From a virus (Duplodnaviria; Heunggongvirae; Uroviricota; Caudoviricetes): a stretch of DNA of 15,132 nucleotides. The stretch lies in the IMG/VR virus record IMGVR_UViG_2627853771_000002. The stretch is one strand, 5' to 3'. Positions 1 through 7,289 of the stretch are shown piece after piece; within the stretch, counting starts at the first letter, position 1, and each line of letters opens with the position of its first letter. A model generated the notes under the pieces. It made no database searches. It was not told the DNA's origin and was given only the letters and a program-made list of their open reading frames with translations. A program made the translations under genes and the position numbers.

Positions 1-798
1 TTAATGAACATTCGTCGCCGAAAACGAGTCTGTATCATTAGTGCGATGCAGTCTCTGCAAAGGATCTTGTTGATAAAATTGGCAGAAACGTTGCCACAAT
101 GAAGGGAAACGAGGAGCAAAAAGTTCTGGGGCGCTAAAGAAATATTCAGAAAGTACGGCAAAACATTCAGCAGGATCACTGGCAGCATAAGCATCAATGC
201 TCGCCGCATTCTCGCCAACCAATTCGATTTCTTCCTGAATGTTGTTCATTGCAGCATGAAGATCGTGTTCCCAGCCAGCAACCTCACGCAACGGAATAAA
301 GGGAACTCCGCTGGCGCGATCGCCGTTACGGGTGTCCAGCTTATGAGCGACTTCATGAATAATCAGGTTAAAACCAGAAGCATCAAAAGAATCTTGTATA
401 TCCAACCAGTTCAAAACGATAGGCCCTTGCTGCCAGCTCTGACCTGACTGAACAATACGTTGGTTATGCACCAGACCGATATCGTCTTCCCATTCATCAT
501 CGACCACAAATGGCGCAGGATAAATTAAGACTTCATGAAAACCATCCAGCCATTCCAGTCCTAACTCCAGAACGGGTAGGCAAAATAGAAGTGCTATCCG
601 GCAGCTTCTTAATGAATCCAGTTCAAAGCCCTGTAAAGGAACAAGCCGCTTTTGCTGTAAAAAACGTTCGGCAAGAGTGACTAATTTGCTTTGTTCCTGT
701 TCCGTCAGACCCGTTAAAAGGGGGATCGATAGTGCTTCCTGCCAGGGAAGGGCAGTTTGATGTGCTGATTCTTGTACTTTCCAGGGCCACTTAATCAT
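1..798 (-). CDS. mtfA: MtfA-like zinc-dependent peptidase (Mlc titration factor A), complete
   Basis: Minus-strand ORF 1..837; likely start is the ATG at 798-796 giving MIKWPWK..., stop TAA at 3-1. Contains an HExxH metallopeptidase motif (HEVAH). Sequence recalled as E. coli MtfA/YeeI; not searched. Confidence 0.85.
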   Translation of the reverse strand: MIKWPWKVQESAHQTALPWQEALSIPLLTGLTEQEQSKLVTLAERFLQQKRLVPLQGFELDSLRSCRIALLFCLPVLELGLEWLDGFHEVLIYPAPFVVDDEWEDDIGLVHNQRIVQSGQSWQQGPIVLNWLDIQDSFDASGFNLIIHEVAHKLDTRNGDRASGVPFIPLREVAGWEHDLHAAMNNIQEEIELVGENAASIDAYAASDPAECFAVLSEYFFSAPELFAPRFPSLWQRFCQFYQQDPLQRLHRTNDTDSFSATNVH

Positions 799-891
799 CG
801 TTTTGCTCGCAAACTCGTCACTTGAACAAAATTGCACGGACAGGGACTGTTAAAATGCCAAATTTCCTGGCATCATGGCAACCATCTGAAC

Positions 892-981
892 GGAGAGATG
901 CCGGAGCGGCTGAACGGACCGGTCTCGAAAACCGGAGTAGGGGCAACTCTACCGGGGGTTCAAATCCCCCTCTCTCCGCCA
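892..981 (+). tRNA. serU: tRNA-Ser, anticodon CGA
   Basis: GGAGAGA...TCTCTCC acceptor stem, discriminator G and terminal CCA; anticodon loop CUCGAAA gives anticodon CGA; long variable arm typical of class II tRNA-Ser; TTCAAATCC T-loop. Folded by eye. Confidence 0.9.
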
Positions 982-1028
982 CTATTCAAACACTTACAGC
1001 ATTCCCTTTCAGTGACCTGCATCCCGAT

Positions 1029-1062
1029 GAGAAAAATTGAGAAAATCCACTGAGAAAAATTC
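1029..1062 (+). repeat. Three direct copies of GAGAAAA(A)T between the tRNA and the integrase gene; candidate integrase arm-type binding sites
   Basis: gagaaaaatt at 1029-1038, gagaaaatcc at 1039-1048, gagaaaaatt at 1053-1062, lying 48-81 bp past the tRNA 3' end and just beyond the integrase stop. Confidence 0.3.
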
Positions 1063-1093
1063 TAGCGCCGAAGCATGCTCCGACGCCAAAGAA

Positions 1094-2068
1094 TCATCTC
1101 ATTTTCTTGTTCAACGTGGGGCTGATTTTAACTTTCCTGTCGTAAACAAGTACCTGTGATTCTGTCTTATGACCACTGAATTTTTGCTTATCCCTGCCAG
1201 ATCCTTCATAGTCTGAGATCCCTTTAGCCTTTAGATCATGGAAGGTGCAATCAAGTGGCCTACCAAGTTCTTCAGAAGCCGCGTTTCTCGCTTTTCTCCA
1301 TGCTTCATTAAATCCCTTGTATGAATAACGCTCACCATACATTGTCCTGATAACAGGGCCATCCTGTCCCCATTCCCTGCAAATATCCACAGCCGCACTA
1401 AGACGCTCAGTCCAGGCTTTGATCTGTTTAATACCAGTTTTACCTTGCTGTATGAAAATTCCTTTATCAAGAATCTGATTCCAGTTCATTTTAAGAACAT
1501 CAGATACCCTTGCAGCGCAAAGATACGCAATTTCCATCGCGGCTTTAACTGCAGGTGTCGCATGAGTGAAGATAGCTATGTACTCTTCATCAGTTATGTA
1601 GCGGTCGCGCTGGGGTTTAGGAAACTTATCGACACCAACACACGGATTACCTGGTACATAACCACGCTGATAACCCCAGCGGTATACACGAGACATTGAA
1701 CTATGCTCGTGATTAGCCTGAACACGGCTTCTTTTACCACGTGCATCCATGTAGCGTCGGACGTGTTCTGGTTTAATGGCCTTTGCTTCTGCATCGCCGA
1801 AAACCGCTAACAAGTATTTTTCATGTGCCAGGTAATCTTTTTGTGTCCTGGGGGCAAGGTCTGCATAGTCAGCACTATTTAAAAATTTTTTCCACAATTG
1901 TTGAAAGGTGAGTAGTTTTTTTCGACCTTCAACGACTTTCTCGTAAGCTAACCAAACCTCCGCTTTAGAAGCGTTTGCTGGGGCTAGATTCTCGGTAGTA
2001 CCTCCTGGCTTCCAGTAGTAACCGGAAGGGCGGAAAAACACACCCTTCGGCATCCACTCATTCAGCAT
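1094..2068 (-). CDS. Tyrosine-type site-specific recombinase (phage integrase)
   Basis: Minus-strand ORF of about 324 aa; C-terminal region carries an integrase-like motif (FHDLKAKGISDY). It ends 113 bp from the tRNA 3' end and reads toward it, the usual prophage arrangement. Start taken as ATG at 2068-2066 (TTG at 2071 is also possible). Confidence 0.85.
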   Translation of the reverse strand: MLNEWMPKGVFFRPSGYYWKPGGTTENLAPANASKAEVWLAYEKVVEGRKKLLTFQQLWKKFLNSADYADLAPRTQKDYLAHEKYLLAVFGDAEAKAIKPEHVRRYMDARGKRSRVQANHEHSSMSRVYRWGYQRGYVPGNPCVGVDKFPKPQRDRYITDEEYIAIFTHATPAVKAAMEIAYLCAARVSDVLKMNWNQILDKGIFIQQGKTGIKQIKAWTERLSAAVDICREWGQDGPVIRTMYGERYSYKGFNEAWRKARNAASEELGRPLDCTFHDLKAKGISDYEGSGRDKQKFSGHKTESQVLVYDRKVKISPTLNKKMR

Positions 2069-2216
2069 CAATCACATCTTGGGATACAGACGCTTGGATA
2101 ATATCTGCTTCGCTATAGTCGCCCCGCATAACCAGAAAACGAGCCTCATCGGAGCAGAGGTAATCAACTGCCCCATCAAATTTCCCCTTGCTGGTTGGTT
2201 TGGTTACGTTGCTCAT
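2058..2216 (-). CDS. Small hypothetical protein (52 aa) in the excisionase position upstream of the integrase
   Basis: ATG at 2216-2214 preceded by GGTGGA; translation MSNVTKPTSKGKFDGAVDYLCSDEARFLVMRGDYSEADIIQASVSQDVIDAE. Its start overlaps the upstream stop as ATGA and its end overlaps the integrase start. Below the 60-aa cutoff of the ORF track. No recognisable Xis motif. Confidence 0.4.
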   Translation of the reverse strand: MSNVTKPTSKGKFDGAVDYLCSDEARFLVMRGDYSEADIIQASVSQDVIDAE

Positions 2217-2347
2217 GCTGTCCACCATTCAATAAACATGCAGATACCAACGGTTACTACGGCAATCAGCACCCAGCAGATCACATCTAACAGGGCGGCG
2301 AGCCGACGCAGGGTGTATTTGCTGTAATTCTCAGGTTCAAAATTCAT
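2213..2347 (-). CDS. Small single-pass membrane protein (44 aa)
   Basis: ATG at 2347-2345 preceded by GGAGG; translation MNFEPENYSKYTLRRLAALLDVICWVLIAVVTVGICMFIEWWTA with a hydrophobic C-terminal half. ATGA overlap with the ParB-like stop and with the next ORF's start. Confidence 0.4.
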   Translation of the reverse strand: MNFEPENYSKYTLRRLAALLDVICWVLIAVVTVGICMFIEWWTA

Positions 2348-3129
2348 TGCGCCTCCCCAAGCACCCAGCGCAGAGCCTCGGCATATTCGCCACTGGCATC
2401 TTCGAGTGCTTTTGTAATTTCTTTGCGGGTTTTCAGGCGCGGCTTTGCATCACCGAGGATCTGACGCTGACGCCGAGCTTTTTCATGGCCCGTGGTGCCG
2501 GCGGTCGCTGTCTCGATCTGCTTGACCTTCTCTCGTTGCTCTTCGGGTTTAAGCGATGCCAACTGACGCGCCTGGGTAACAGTGACCGTTCCGGACTCCA
2601 CTGCATCGCGAACAGCTTGGGTGGCATCCAGCAGTGACAGAGTTGCGCGTACGGTCTGGACACTCACGCCAAACATCAGCGCTAAATCATCCTCATCGTG
2701 CCCGCGCTCCAGCGCATCAGCCATTTTCTTTGCTCGGCCTAGCGGCGTATCTGCCTGGCGGATTTCGTTAGCACTTACCATCGCCTGCGCCATGCGAATG
2801 GCAGAGCCACGTTTAGGGACTCCCGGAACCAGTAACGGTTCTTTGCCCAATTTTGACAGACGCTTATTGGCTTCCAGTGTATGGCGCACACGCTGGCGAC
2901 CATCAACCACACAAGACAGCCCTGTTTCCGGGTCTTTCCAGACGATAATCGGCTCAAGAACGCCCTGGTCCATGATGTTCAGCACCATTGCCTCGCTGAT
3001 AGGCAGGTGGATACGCTCATCGTAAAGCGGGTGCGTTTTGTCGGTAACCAGGTGCAGTTTTTCAGGTTCAAACGCTAAAACGTTCGTTTTGCCACTCGCG
3101 CCATATACCAGCTTTGAGTCTTTAGCCAT
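2344..3129 (-). CDS. ParB-like nuclease-domain (ParB/Srx fold) protein
   Basis: 261-aa ORF with a ParB N-terminal-domain-like core (EPIIVWKDPETGLSCVVDGRQRVRH) and an HTH-like segment (DDLALMFGVSVQTVRATL). Start ATG at 3129 shares its A with the upstream gene's TGA (TGATG). Confidence 0.7.
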   Translation of the reverse strand: MAKDSKLVYGASGKTNVLAFEPEKLHLVTDKTHPLYDERIHLPISEAMVLNIMDQGVLEPIIVWKDPETGLSCVVDGRQRVRHTLEANKRLSKLGKEPLLVPGVPKRGSAIRMAQAMVSANEIRQADTPLGRAKKMADALERGHDEDDLALMFGVSVQTVRATLSLLDATQAVRDAVESGTVTVTQARQLASLKPEEQREKVKQIETATAGTTGHEKARRQRQILGDAKPRLKTRKEITKALEDASGEYAEALRWVLGEAQ

Positions 3130-3428
3130 CAGAGAGCCTCCACGTTACGGAAGCTGGTGGGGCAAATTGCCTTCAAATCGCGCATAGCCTCTAGAACATG
3201 CATATTTGTGCGATTCTTGGTGTGTCGCTCGGTCAGGCGATCACACTCTTTCGCCCATGATTTGACCTCTGCAAGAAGGGCGTCACGTTCGGTGCGCGTC
3301 TGGCGCAGAGCTACATTCGAAACATCGAGGACGGTAGCCAGTTCCTTGATGATTGCTGCCTGTTCTGGTGGCATAGTTTTGGCTATTTCGTACGCCTGTT
3401 TAATCAGTTGTTTTGCTGTCTTAGCCAT
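3129..3428 (-). CDS. Hypothetical protein (99 aa), first gene of the leftward operon
   Basis: ATG at 3428-3426 preceded by GGAGAA; translation MAKTAKQLIKQAYEIAKTMPPEQAAIIKELATVLDVS.... The ORF track extends to 3479 only through a TTG. No family recognised. Confidence 0.55.
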   Translation of the reverse strand: MAKTAKQLIKQAYEIAKTMPPEQAAIIKELATVLDVSNVALRQTRTERDALLAEVKSWAKECDRLTERHTKNRTNMHVLEAMRDLKAICPTSFRNVEAL

Positions 3429-3721
3429 CTTTTGTTCTCCATCTGACGCTCTGCAACGCGTAAATTTAGGGTGCAGCAACCCAACCCATGAGAATGGGTG
3501 AATAGCTGGTTAAAATTTCTTGCTGATGGGGGACCGCCACTGCAATGGCGGTACGTTAGTTCTCCACACAACACAGAAGAGCACCTGCGGCCGCAAATCC
3601 GCTCGGGCGGATTGTGTTAGGGCACGTCACTCGGTGGTGCTCTGATGTCTTTTGTAAAAGGGCGAACCAGAAACAATGGGGAAACTGGTGCCGCCAAGAT
3701 GACATAGTCCATCAGACTCAC

Positions 3722-3772
3722 TTGATGTTAGGTTATGCCTAATGTCATGTCAATAGGCTTAGCCTAATGTTG
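3722..3772. promoter_or_regulatory. OL-like operator pair with an overlapping leftward promoter
   Basis: Two palindromes: ttaggt-tat-gcctaa (3728-3742) and ataggc-tta-gcctaat (3753-3768). On the minus strand a -35 TTGACA (complement of 3748-3753), a 17-bp spacer and a -10 TAACAT (complement of 3725-3730) overlap them. Confidence 0.5.
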
Positions 3773-3781
3773 GTCGGCGGT

Positions 3782-3807
3782 CAAAAAAAATCCCGCATAA
3801 GCGGGAT
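3782..3807 (-). terminator. Rho-independent terminator ending the repressor operon (hairpin plus T-run on the minus strand)
   Basis: Stem ATCCCGC/GCGGGAT (3790-3807) with loop ATAA; an A8 run at 3782-3789 on the plus strand is a T8 run after the hairpin on the minus strand. Lies between the native stop of the nuclease-like gene (3838) and the operators. Confidence 0.5.
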
Positions 3808-3837
3808 TTGTGTGAAATAAAGCTAGTGTTTTTATGA

Positions 3838-3882
3838 TTATGGACGACGCTTTCTGAAATTCTCATCATTCTGTACATATTG
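3838..3882 (-). other. Orphaned native 3' end (14 codons plus stop) of the IS1-interrupted nuclease-like gene
   Basis: Joining the reading frame of CDS 4660-5769 across the target duplication continues ...L-QYVQNDENFRKRRP-stop, with TAA at 3840-3838. Confidence 0.45.
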
Positions 3883-3891
3883 TAAAGAATC
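3883..3891. repeat. IS1 target-site duplication, left copy (TAAAGAATC)
   Basis: The 9 bp immediately left of the IS1 end are identical to 4660-4668. Confidence 0.85.
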
Positions 3892-3946
3892 GGTGATGCT
3901 GCCAACTTACTGATTTAGTGTATGATGGTGTTTTTGAGGTGCTCCA

Positions 3947-4222
3947 GTGGCTTCTGTTTCTATCAGCTGTCCCTCCTGTTCAGCTACTGACGGGGTGGTG
4001 CGTAACGGCAAAAGCACCGCCGGACATCAGCGCTATCTCTGCTCTCACTGCCGTAAAACATGGCAACTGCAGTTCACTTACACCGCTTCTCAACCCGGTA
4101 CGCACCAGAAAATCATTGATATGGCCATGAATGGCGTTGGATGCCGGGCAACTGCCCGCATTATGGGCGTTGGCCTCAACACGATTTTACGTCACTTAAA
4201 AAACTCAGGCCGCAGTCGGTAA
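3947..4222 (+). CDS. insA: IS1 InsA
   Basis: 91-aa [43 protein letters not shown]..., recalled as IS1 InsA. Confidence 0.9.
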
Positions 4223-4644
4223 CCTCGCGCATACAGCCGGGCAGTGACGTCATCGTCTGCGCGGAAATGGACGAACAGTGGGGCTATGTCGGGGCTAAAT
4301 CGCGCCAGCGCTGGCTGTTTTACGCGTATGATAGTCTCCGGAAGACGGTTGTTGCGCACGTATTCGGTGAGCGCACTATGGCGACGCTGGGGCGTCTTAT
4401 GAGCCTGCTGTCACCCTTTGACGTGGTGATATGGATGACGGATGGCTGGCCGCTGTATGAATCCCGCCTGAAGGGAAAGCTGCACGTAATCAGCAAGCGA
4501 TATACGCAGCGAATTGAGCGGCATAACCTGAATCTGAGGCAGCACCTGGCACGGCTGGGACGGAAGTCGCTGTCGTTCTCAAAATCGGTGGAGCTGCATG
4601 ACAAAGTCATCGGGCATTATCTGAACATAAAACACTATCAATAA
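4141..4644 (+). CDS. insB: IS1 InsB (expressed as an InsAB' fusion by -1 frameshifting)
   Basis: 167-aa [28 protein letters not shown]... in the -1 frame relative to insA, overlapping its 3' end. Confidence 0.85.
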
Positions 4645-5769
4645 GTTGGAGTCATTACCTAAAGAATCAAGGATTAAACCTGAAATCCTTAATACATCCT
4701 CGGGATGTTCAATGAAAATACGATTGTTATCATGTTCAAGTCCGGCTCTTTTAATTTCATTACCGGTTATTTCATTGATATCAATTGGTAACTGTATGTT
4801 TGAGCGATTCTTCTTGTCATAATAGCGAACCAGCCAGCGGTTTGTTTTTCCTTGGAAAAGAATAGAGTAATAGGACTCTGTATCTTTGGCTTGAAGTTCG
4901 TATGCAGGGCCTATAATAGAACAGATTTTTTCAAATAAAATTCTTTCATTATAGGTTGTTACTATGTTGGGGTTCTCTGCATCGACAATATCTGCGCGCT
5001 CATCAATTACATTATTTTCAGTTACATCAGCAGGGGATTCTAATTCAGGAATAGATGTTCTTGATGAAAGACCAGAAACAACCATTTCACTTACTGACCT
5101 CTCTACGGCCTGCCTCACCAATGGAGTTATTGTTTCTATAAATCTTTGATTTAATTGACGACCAATATTTGCTCGTCCTGCAACATATCTAACAAATTCA
5201 TGATCTACTTCCCGAAGGCTTGTACTCACGACTTTAACAAATGCAGAAATATAAACACTCTCTTCTGCAAGGGTTCTTAGGGCCTCTGGTTTGAATTTGT
5301 CATGGCGGAATCTAAATAATTGCTCAGCATCAGAATCTTTAATGTCATCCATCATGATTCGTAAAAATGGCGTTGAATCCATTATATTTTTTTCATTGAG
5401 ATCCGTAAAAAAGCGCCATTCAATTCCATTAGTAATTGCTGATATTGTCACCTCAGGAGTAGAATTAAAATACCTAGATAATTGAGGACAATGGTTGTCC
5501 ATTTTTTCTTTACAACCTTTGGCCTCAATAAACATAACGGGAACACCTTGGCAGAATAGAGCATAATCTACACGCTCACCCACTTTCACACCAGGGAAGT
5601 CCGCACCATATTCAGCTTTGACTTTTTGCGGATCATATGCGTTAAAGCCTAGGATGTCCAAAAAAGGAAGTATCAAAGCCTGCTTGGTTGTCTCTTCCGT
5701 TGTGCAGTGTTCTCTAACATTTTTAACATGTTCAATGTGATTTTTAAGACGTACTTTGAAGTTTTCCAT
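4579..5769 (-). CDS. Repressor-linked protein with an HsdR-N-like PD-(D/E)xK nuclease N-terminal domain and an uncharacterised C-terminal domain; 3' end replaced by IS1 sequence
   Basis: ATG at 5769 (MENFKVRL...) after GGAGGA. The first 130 aa or so follow the pattern I associate with the type I restriction HsdR N-terminal nuclease fold (D...VDYALF...[10 protein letters not shown]...QLSRY...TNG). Codons 4660-5769 are native; 4579-4659 are read from the IS1 right end. Lies downstream of, and on the same strand as, the repressor gene, inside the operator-bounded immunity region. Confidence 0.6.
   Translation of the reverse strand: MENFKVRLKNHIEHVKNVREHCTTEETTKQALILPFLDILGFNAYDPQKVKAEYGADFPGVKVGERVDYALFCQGVPVMFIEAKGCKEKMDNHCPQLSRYFNSTPEVTISAITNGIEWRFFTDLNEKNIMDSTPFLRIMMDDIKDSDAEQLFRFRHDKFKPEALRTLAEESVYISAFVKVVSTSLREVDHEFVRYVAGRANIGRQLNQRFIETITPLVRQAVERSVSEMVVSGLSSRTSIPELESPADVTENNVIDERADIVDAENPNIVTTYNERILFEKICSIIGPAYELQAKDTESYYSILFQGKTNRWLVRYYDKKNRSNIQLPIDINEITGNEIKRAGLEHDNNRIFIEHPEDVLRISGLILDSLGNDSNLLIVFYVQIMPDDFVMQLHRF
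4660..4668. repeat. IS1 target-site duplication, right copy (TAAAGAATC)
   Basis: Identical to 3883-3891. Confidence 0.85.
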
Positions 5770-5939
5770 GCATCCTCCATGCAAAGTGAAAACCTGCTGT
5801 TAAATCAAAGCAAGTCACAATCCCGGATAGGCTTCATACAAGCCAATCCCCCACAGGGATTGAGTTATGCAAGCGAATCAATCTCAGAGCTTTTAACATG
5901 TATGGAGCTTAGAGATATTGTCCGTTAGACCATATAAGC

Positions 5940-6416
5940 TTAAGCTCTGGCTTTCGTTTGTTTTTTTCCATCTTCCTCCTGCTCTGCCCATCTCCTTATC
6001 TTCATCTCTAATGAGTCTAAATATGCTTTAGCATCGCTATCTACCCAGCCAGGTATACGCTGTCCTTGCTCTAAGAGGACAAAATCAATGATAGCCTTTT
6101 TTTCTCTCGAAGCCTTATTATAGAGCTCGTCAATAGAACCATTTTTAACTATGGGATCTGTTGCGGGCTCACATGTATCAGTTAGCGGGTATCCCTTTAG
6201 TCCCCAGTGCTCGGGGCCCACAACATCAGAAAAGTAGTTCCAAAGCTCTGGTAGCTTCTCTTTCGATATGGAGCCTTTATTGATCCAGTCATGGATTGAT
6301 GGGGGTTTTATTTTGAAATGACGTGCGATTTCCGCCTTACTCTTGGCAGAACCTATTGAAAGCTTCTTGTCTATGGCCTGCTCGATCGCTCGGCCCAATT
6401 CTTTACCACTAAGCAT
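5940..6416 (-). CDS. CI/RacR-like helix-turn-helix repressor with no S24 peptidase domain
   Basis: 158-aa ORF with an N-terminal HTH-like segment (LSGKELGRAIEQAIDKKLSIGSAKSKAEIARHFKIKPPSIHDW); no Ala-Gly/Ser-Lys autocleavage features seen. Divergent from a Cro/YdaS-like gene across an operator-containing region. Confidence 0.7.
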   Translation of the reverse strand: MLSGKELGRAIEQAIDKKLSIGSAKSKAEIARHFKIKPPSIHDWINKGSISKEKLPELWNYFSDVVGPEHWGLKGYPLTDTCEPATDPIVKNGSIDELYNKASREKKAIIDFVLLEQGQRIPGWVDSDAKAYLDSLEMKIRRWAEQEEDGKKQTKARA

Positions 6417-6443
6417 TGCCTAATAATCCTCATAACCTATAGC

Positions 6444-6486
6444 TTAGGCAATTCCTATTGATTGTTTATTAGGCTTAGCCTAATAT
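6444..6486. promoter_or_regulatory. OR-like operator region with a rightward promoter
   Basis: Perfect 8+3+8 palindrome TATTAGGC-TTA-GCCTAATA at 6467-6485 and a degenerate copy at about 6444-6459. -35 TTGATT (6458-6463), 17-bp spacer, -10 TAATAT (6481-6486); the palindrome sits in the spacer. Confidence 0.55.
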
Positions 6487-6517
6487 CTGCTTGTGTGGAA
6501 ATCATAGGAATCCGTTT

Positions 6518-6781
6518 ATGAGAAGTAGCCTTGAAGCAATCAGTGAAGCCTGCCGCATTGTTGGGGGACAAGCCGCTTTGTCAAGGAATCTAGGCATCTC
6601 ATCACCAACAGTGAATCAATGGACAACGGGCATTAGGCAAATACCTGCGGAACGATGTCCTGCGATTGAGAAAGCTACTGGTGGTGCTGTCACCTGCGAA
6701 GAGCTTCGTCCTGACATTGACTGGGCCTATTTAAGAGGTGCAGCAATGCGAAAGCTTAATGTCACTGCATCAAATTTGTAA
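6518..6781 (+). CDS. YdaS/Cro-like HTH regulator
   Basis: 87 aa from the ATG at 6518 (AGGAA seven nt upstream). Motifs GGQAALSRNLGISSPTVNQW...IPAERCPAIEKATGGAVTCEELRPD match my recollection of the YdaS/Cro-type family. The ORF track starts at a TTG at 6491. Confidence 0.7.
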   Translation: MRSSLEAISEACRIVGGQAALSRNLGISSPTVNQWTTGIRQIPAERCPAIEKATGGAVTCEELRPDIDWAYLRGAAMRKLNVTASNL

Positions 6782-6809
6782 CTACCACCCGAGTTTGAAA
6801 GGAGTAGGT

Positions 6810-7262
6810 ATGAACCTCAAAGAAGTCGTGAAATCTATGTGCAAAGCATATCCAGGTGGGCGCGAAGCAATGGCTGGCGCACTGGGAATGACGGTGACGC
6901 AGTTTAACAACAACCTTTACGAGAAAAACGGCTGTCGTTTCTTCGAAGTCAGCGAACTGGAAGCGATGGAGGACATCTCGAATACATCTCACCTGGCTGA
7001 ATATTTTGCCCGCCGTCGTGGTGCTCTGCTGGTGGATGTTCCGCACCTGGAAGAACTGGACCGCGTGGACTTGTTTAGCCGGGCAATGCGTACCTCTGCC
7101 GCCAGGGGGCAGGTTGATCAGATTATCGAACAGGCGCTTGAAGATGGCGTTATTGAAAGGCACGAGGCCGAAGAAATCATGGTGCATCACCGCCGTCACC
7201 TGGCAGCTCGTGAAGAAGAGATTGCCGCAATCATCACGCTTTTTTCACGCAAAAAGAAGTGA
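6810..7262 (+). CDS. CII-like / YdaT-like regulatory protein
   Basis: 150 aa from the ATG at 6810 (AAAGGAG five nt upstream), directly after the YdaS-like gene as in Rac-type prophages. Family assignment is from position and general resemblance only. Confidence 0.45.
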   Translation: MNLKEVVKSMCKAYPGGREAMAGALGMTVTQFNNNLYEKNGCRFFEVSELEAMEDISNTSHLAEYFARRRGALLVDVPHLEELDRVDLFSRAMRTSAARGQVDQIIEQALEDGVIERHEAEEIMVHHRRHLAAREEEIAAIITLFSRKKK

Positions 7263-7289
7263 CGCCAGCGAGTTGCAGCTCCTGGCGTC

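Larger units (their letters stand above)
3892..4659 (+). mobile_element. IS1 insertion sequence, complete (768 bp)
   Basis: Left end GGTGATGCTGCCAACTTACTGAT at 3892 and right end ...ATCAATAAGTTGGAGTCATTACC at 4659; internal insA and insB; frameshift motif TTAAAAAAC near 4196-4204; flanked by a 9-bp direct repeat. Confidence 0.95.

Noticed and set aside
822-1053. Two plus-strand ORFs (72 and 73 aa) overlapping the tRNA-Ser gene
   Set aside because: They run through a well-formed tRNA and the att region; explained by the tRNA, with no coding signal.
2347-3078. Several plus- and minus-strand ORFs (60-147 aa) inside the ParB-like gene
   Set aside because: Alternative-frame or antisense readings of a GC-rich gene with a clear in-frame product; no independent start signals.
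3157-3501. Plus-strand 114-aa ORF antisense to the 99-aa gene
   Set aside because: Antisense overlap with a gene that has a good Shine-Dalgarno and translational coupling; the product is low-complexity.
3781-3807. Hairpin considered as a plus-strand terminator or bidirectional terminator
   Set aside because: The U-run is strong only on the minus strand; on the plus strand the hairpin is followed by TTTGTGTG, so only the minus-strand terminator call is reported.
4320-4610. Minus-strand 96-aa ORF inside IS1
   Set aside because: Antisense to insB within a well-characterised insertion sequence; not a recognised IS1 product.
5770-5939. Hairpin AATCCC/GGGATT (about 5845-5861) between the repressor and the nuclease-like gene, considered as a terminator
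   Set aside because: No U-run follows it on either strand; it may be RNA structure or a protein site, but a terminator call is not supported.
6762-7199. Minus-strand 145-aa ORF opposite the CII/YdaT-like gene, and the 104-aa plus-strand ORF 7006-7320
   Set aside because: They overlap a better-supported gene with its own ribosome-binding site; no start signals, and odd composition.
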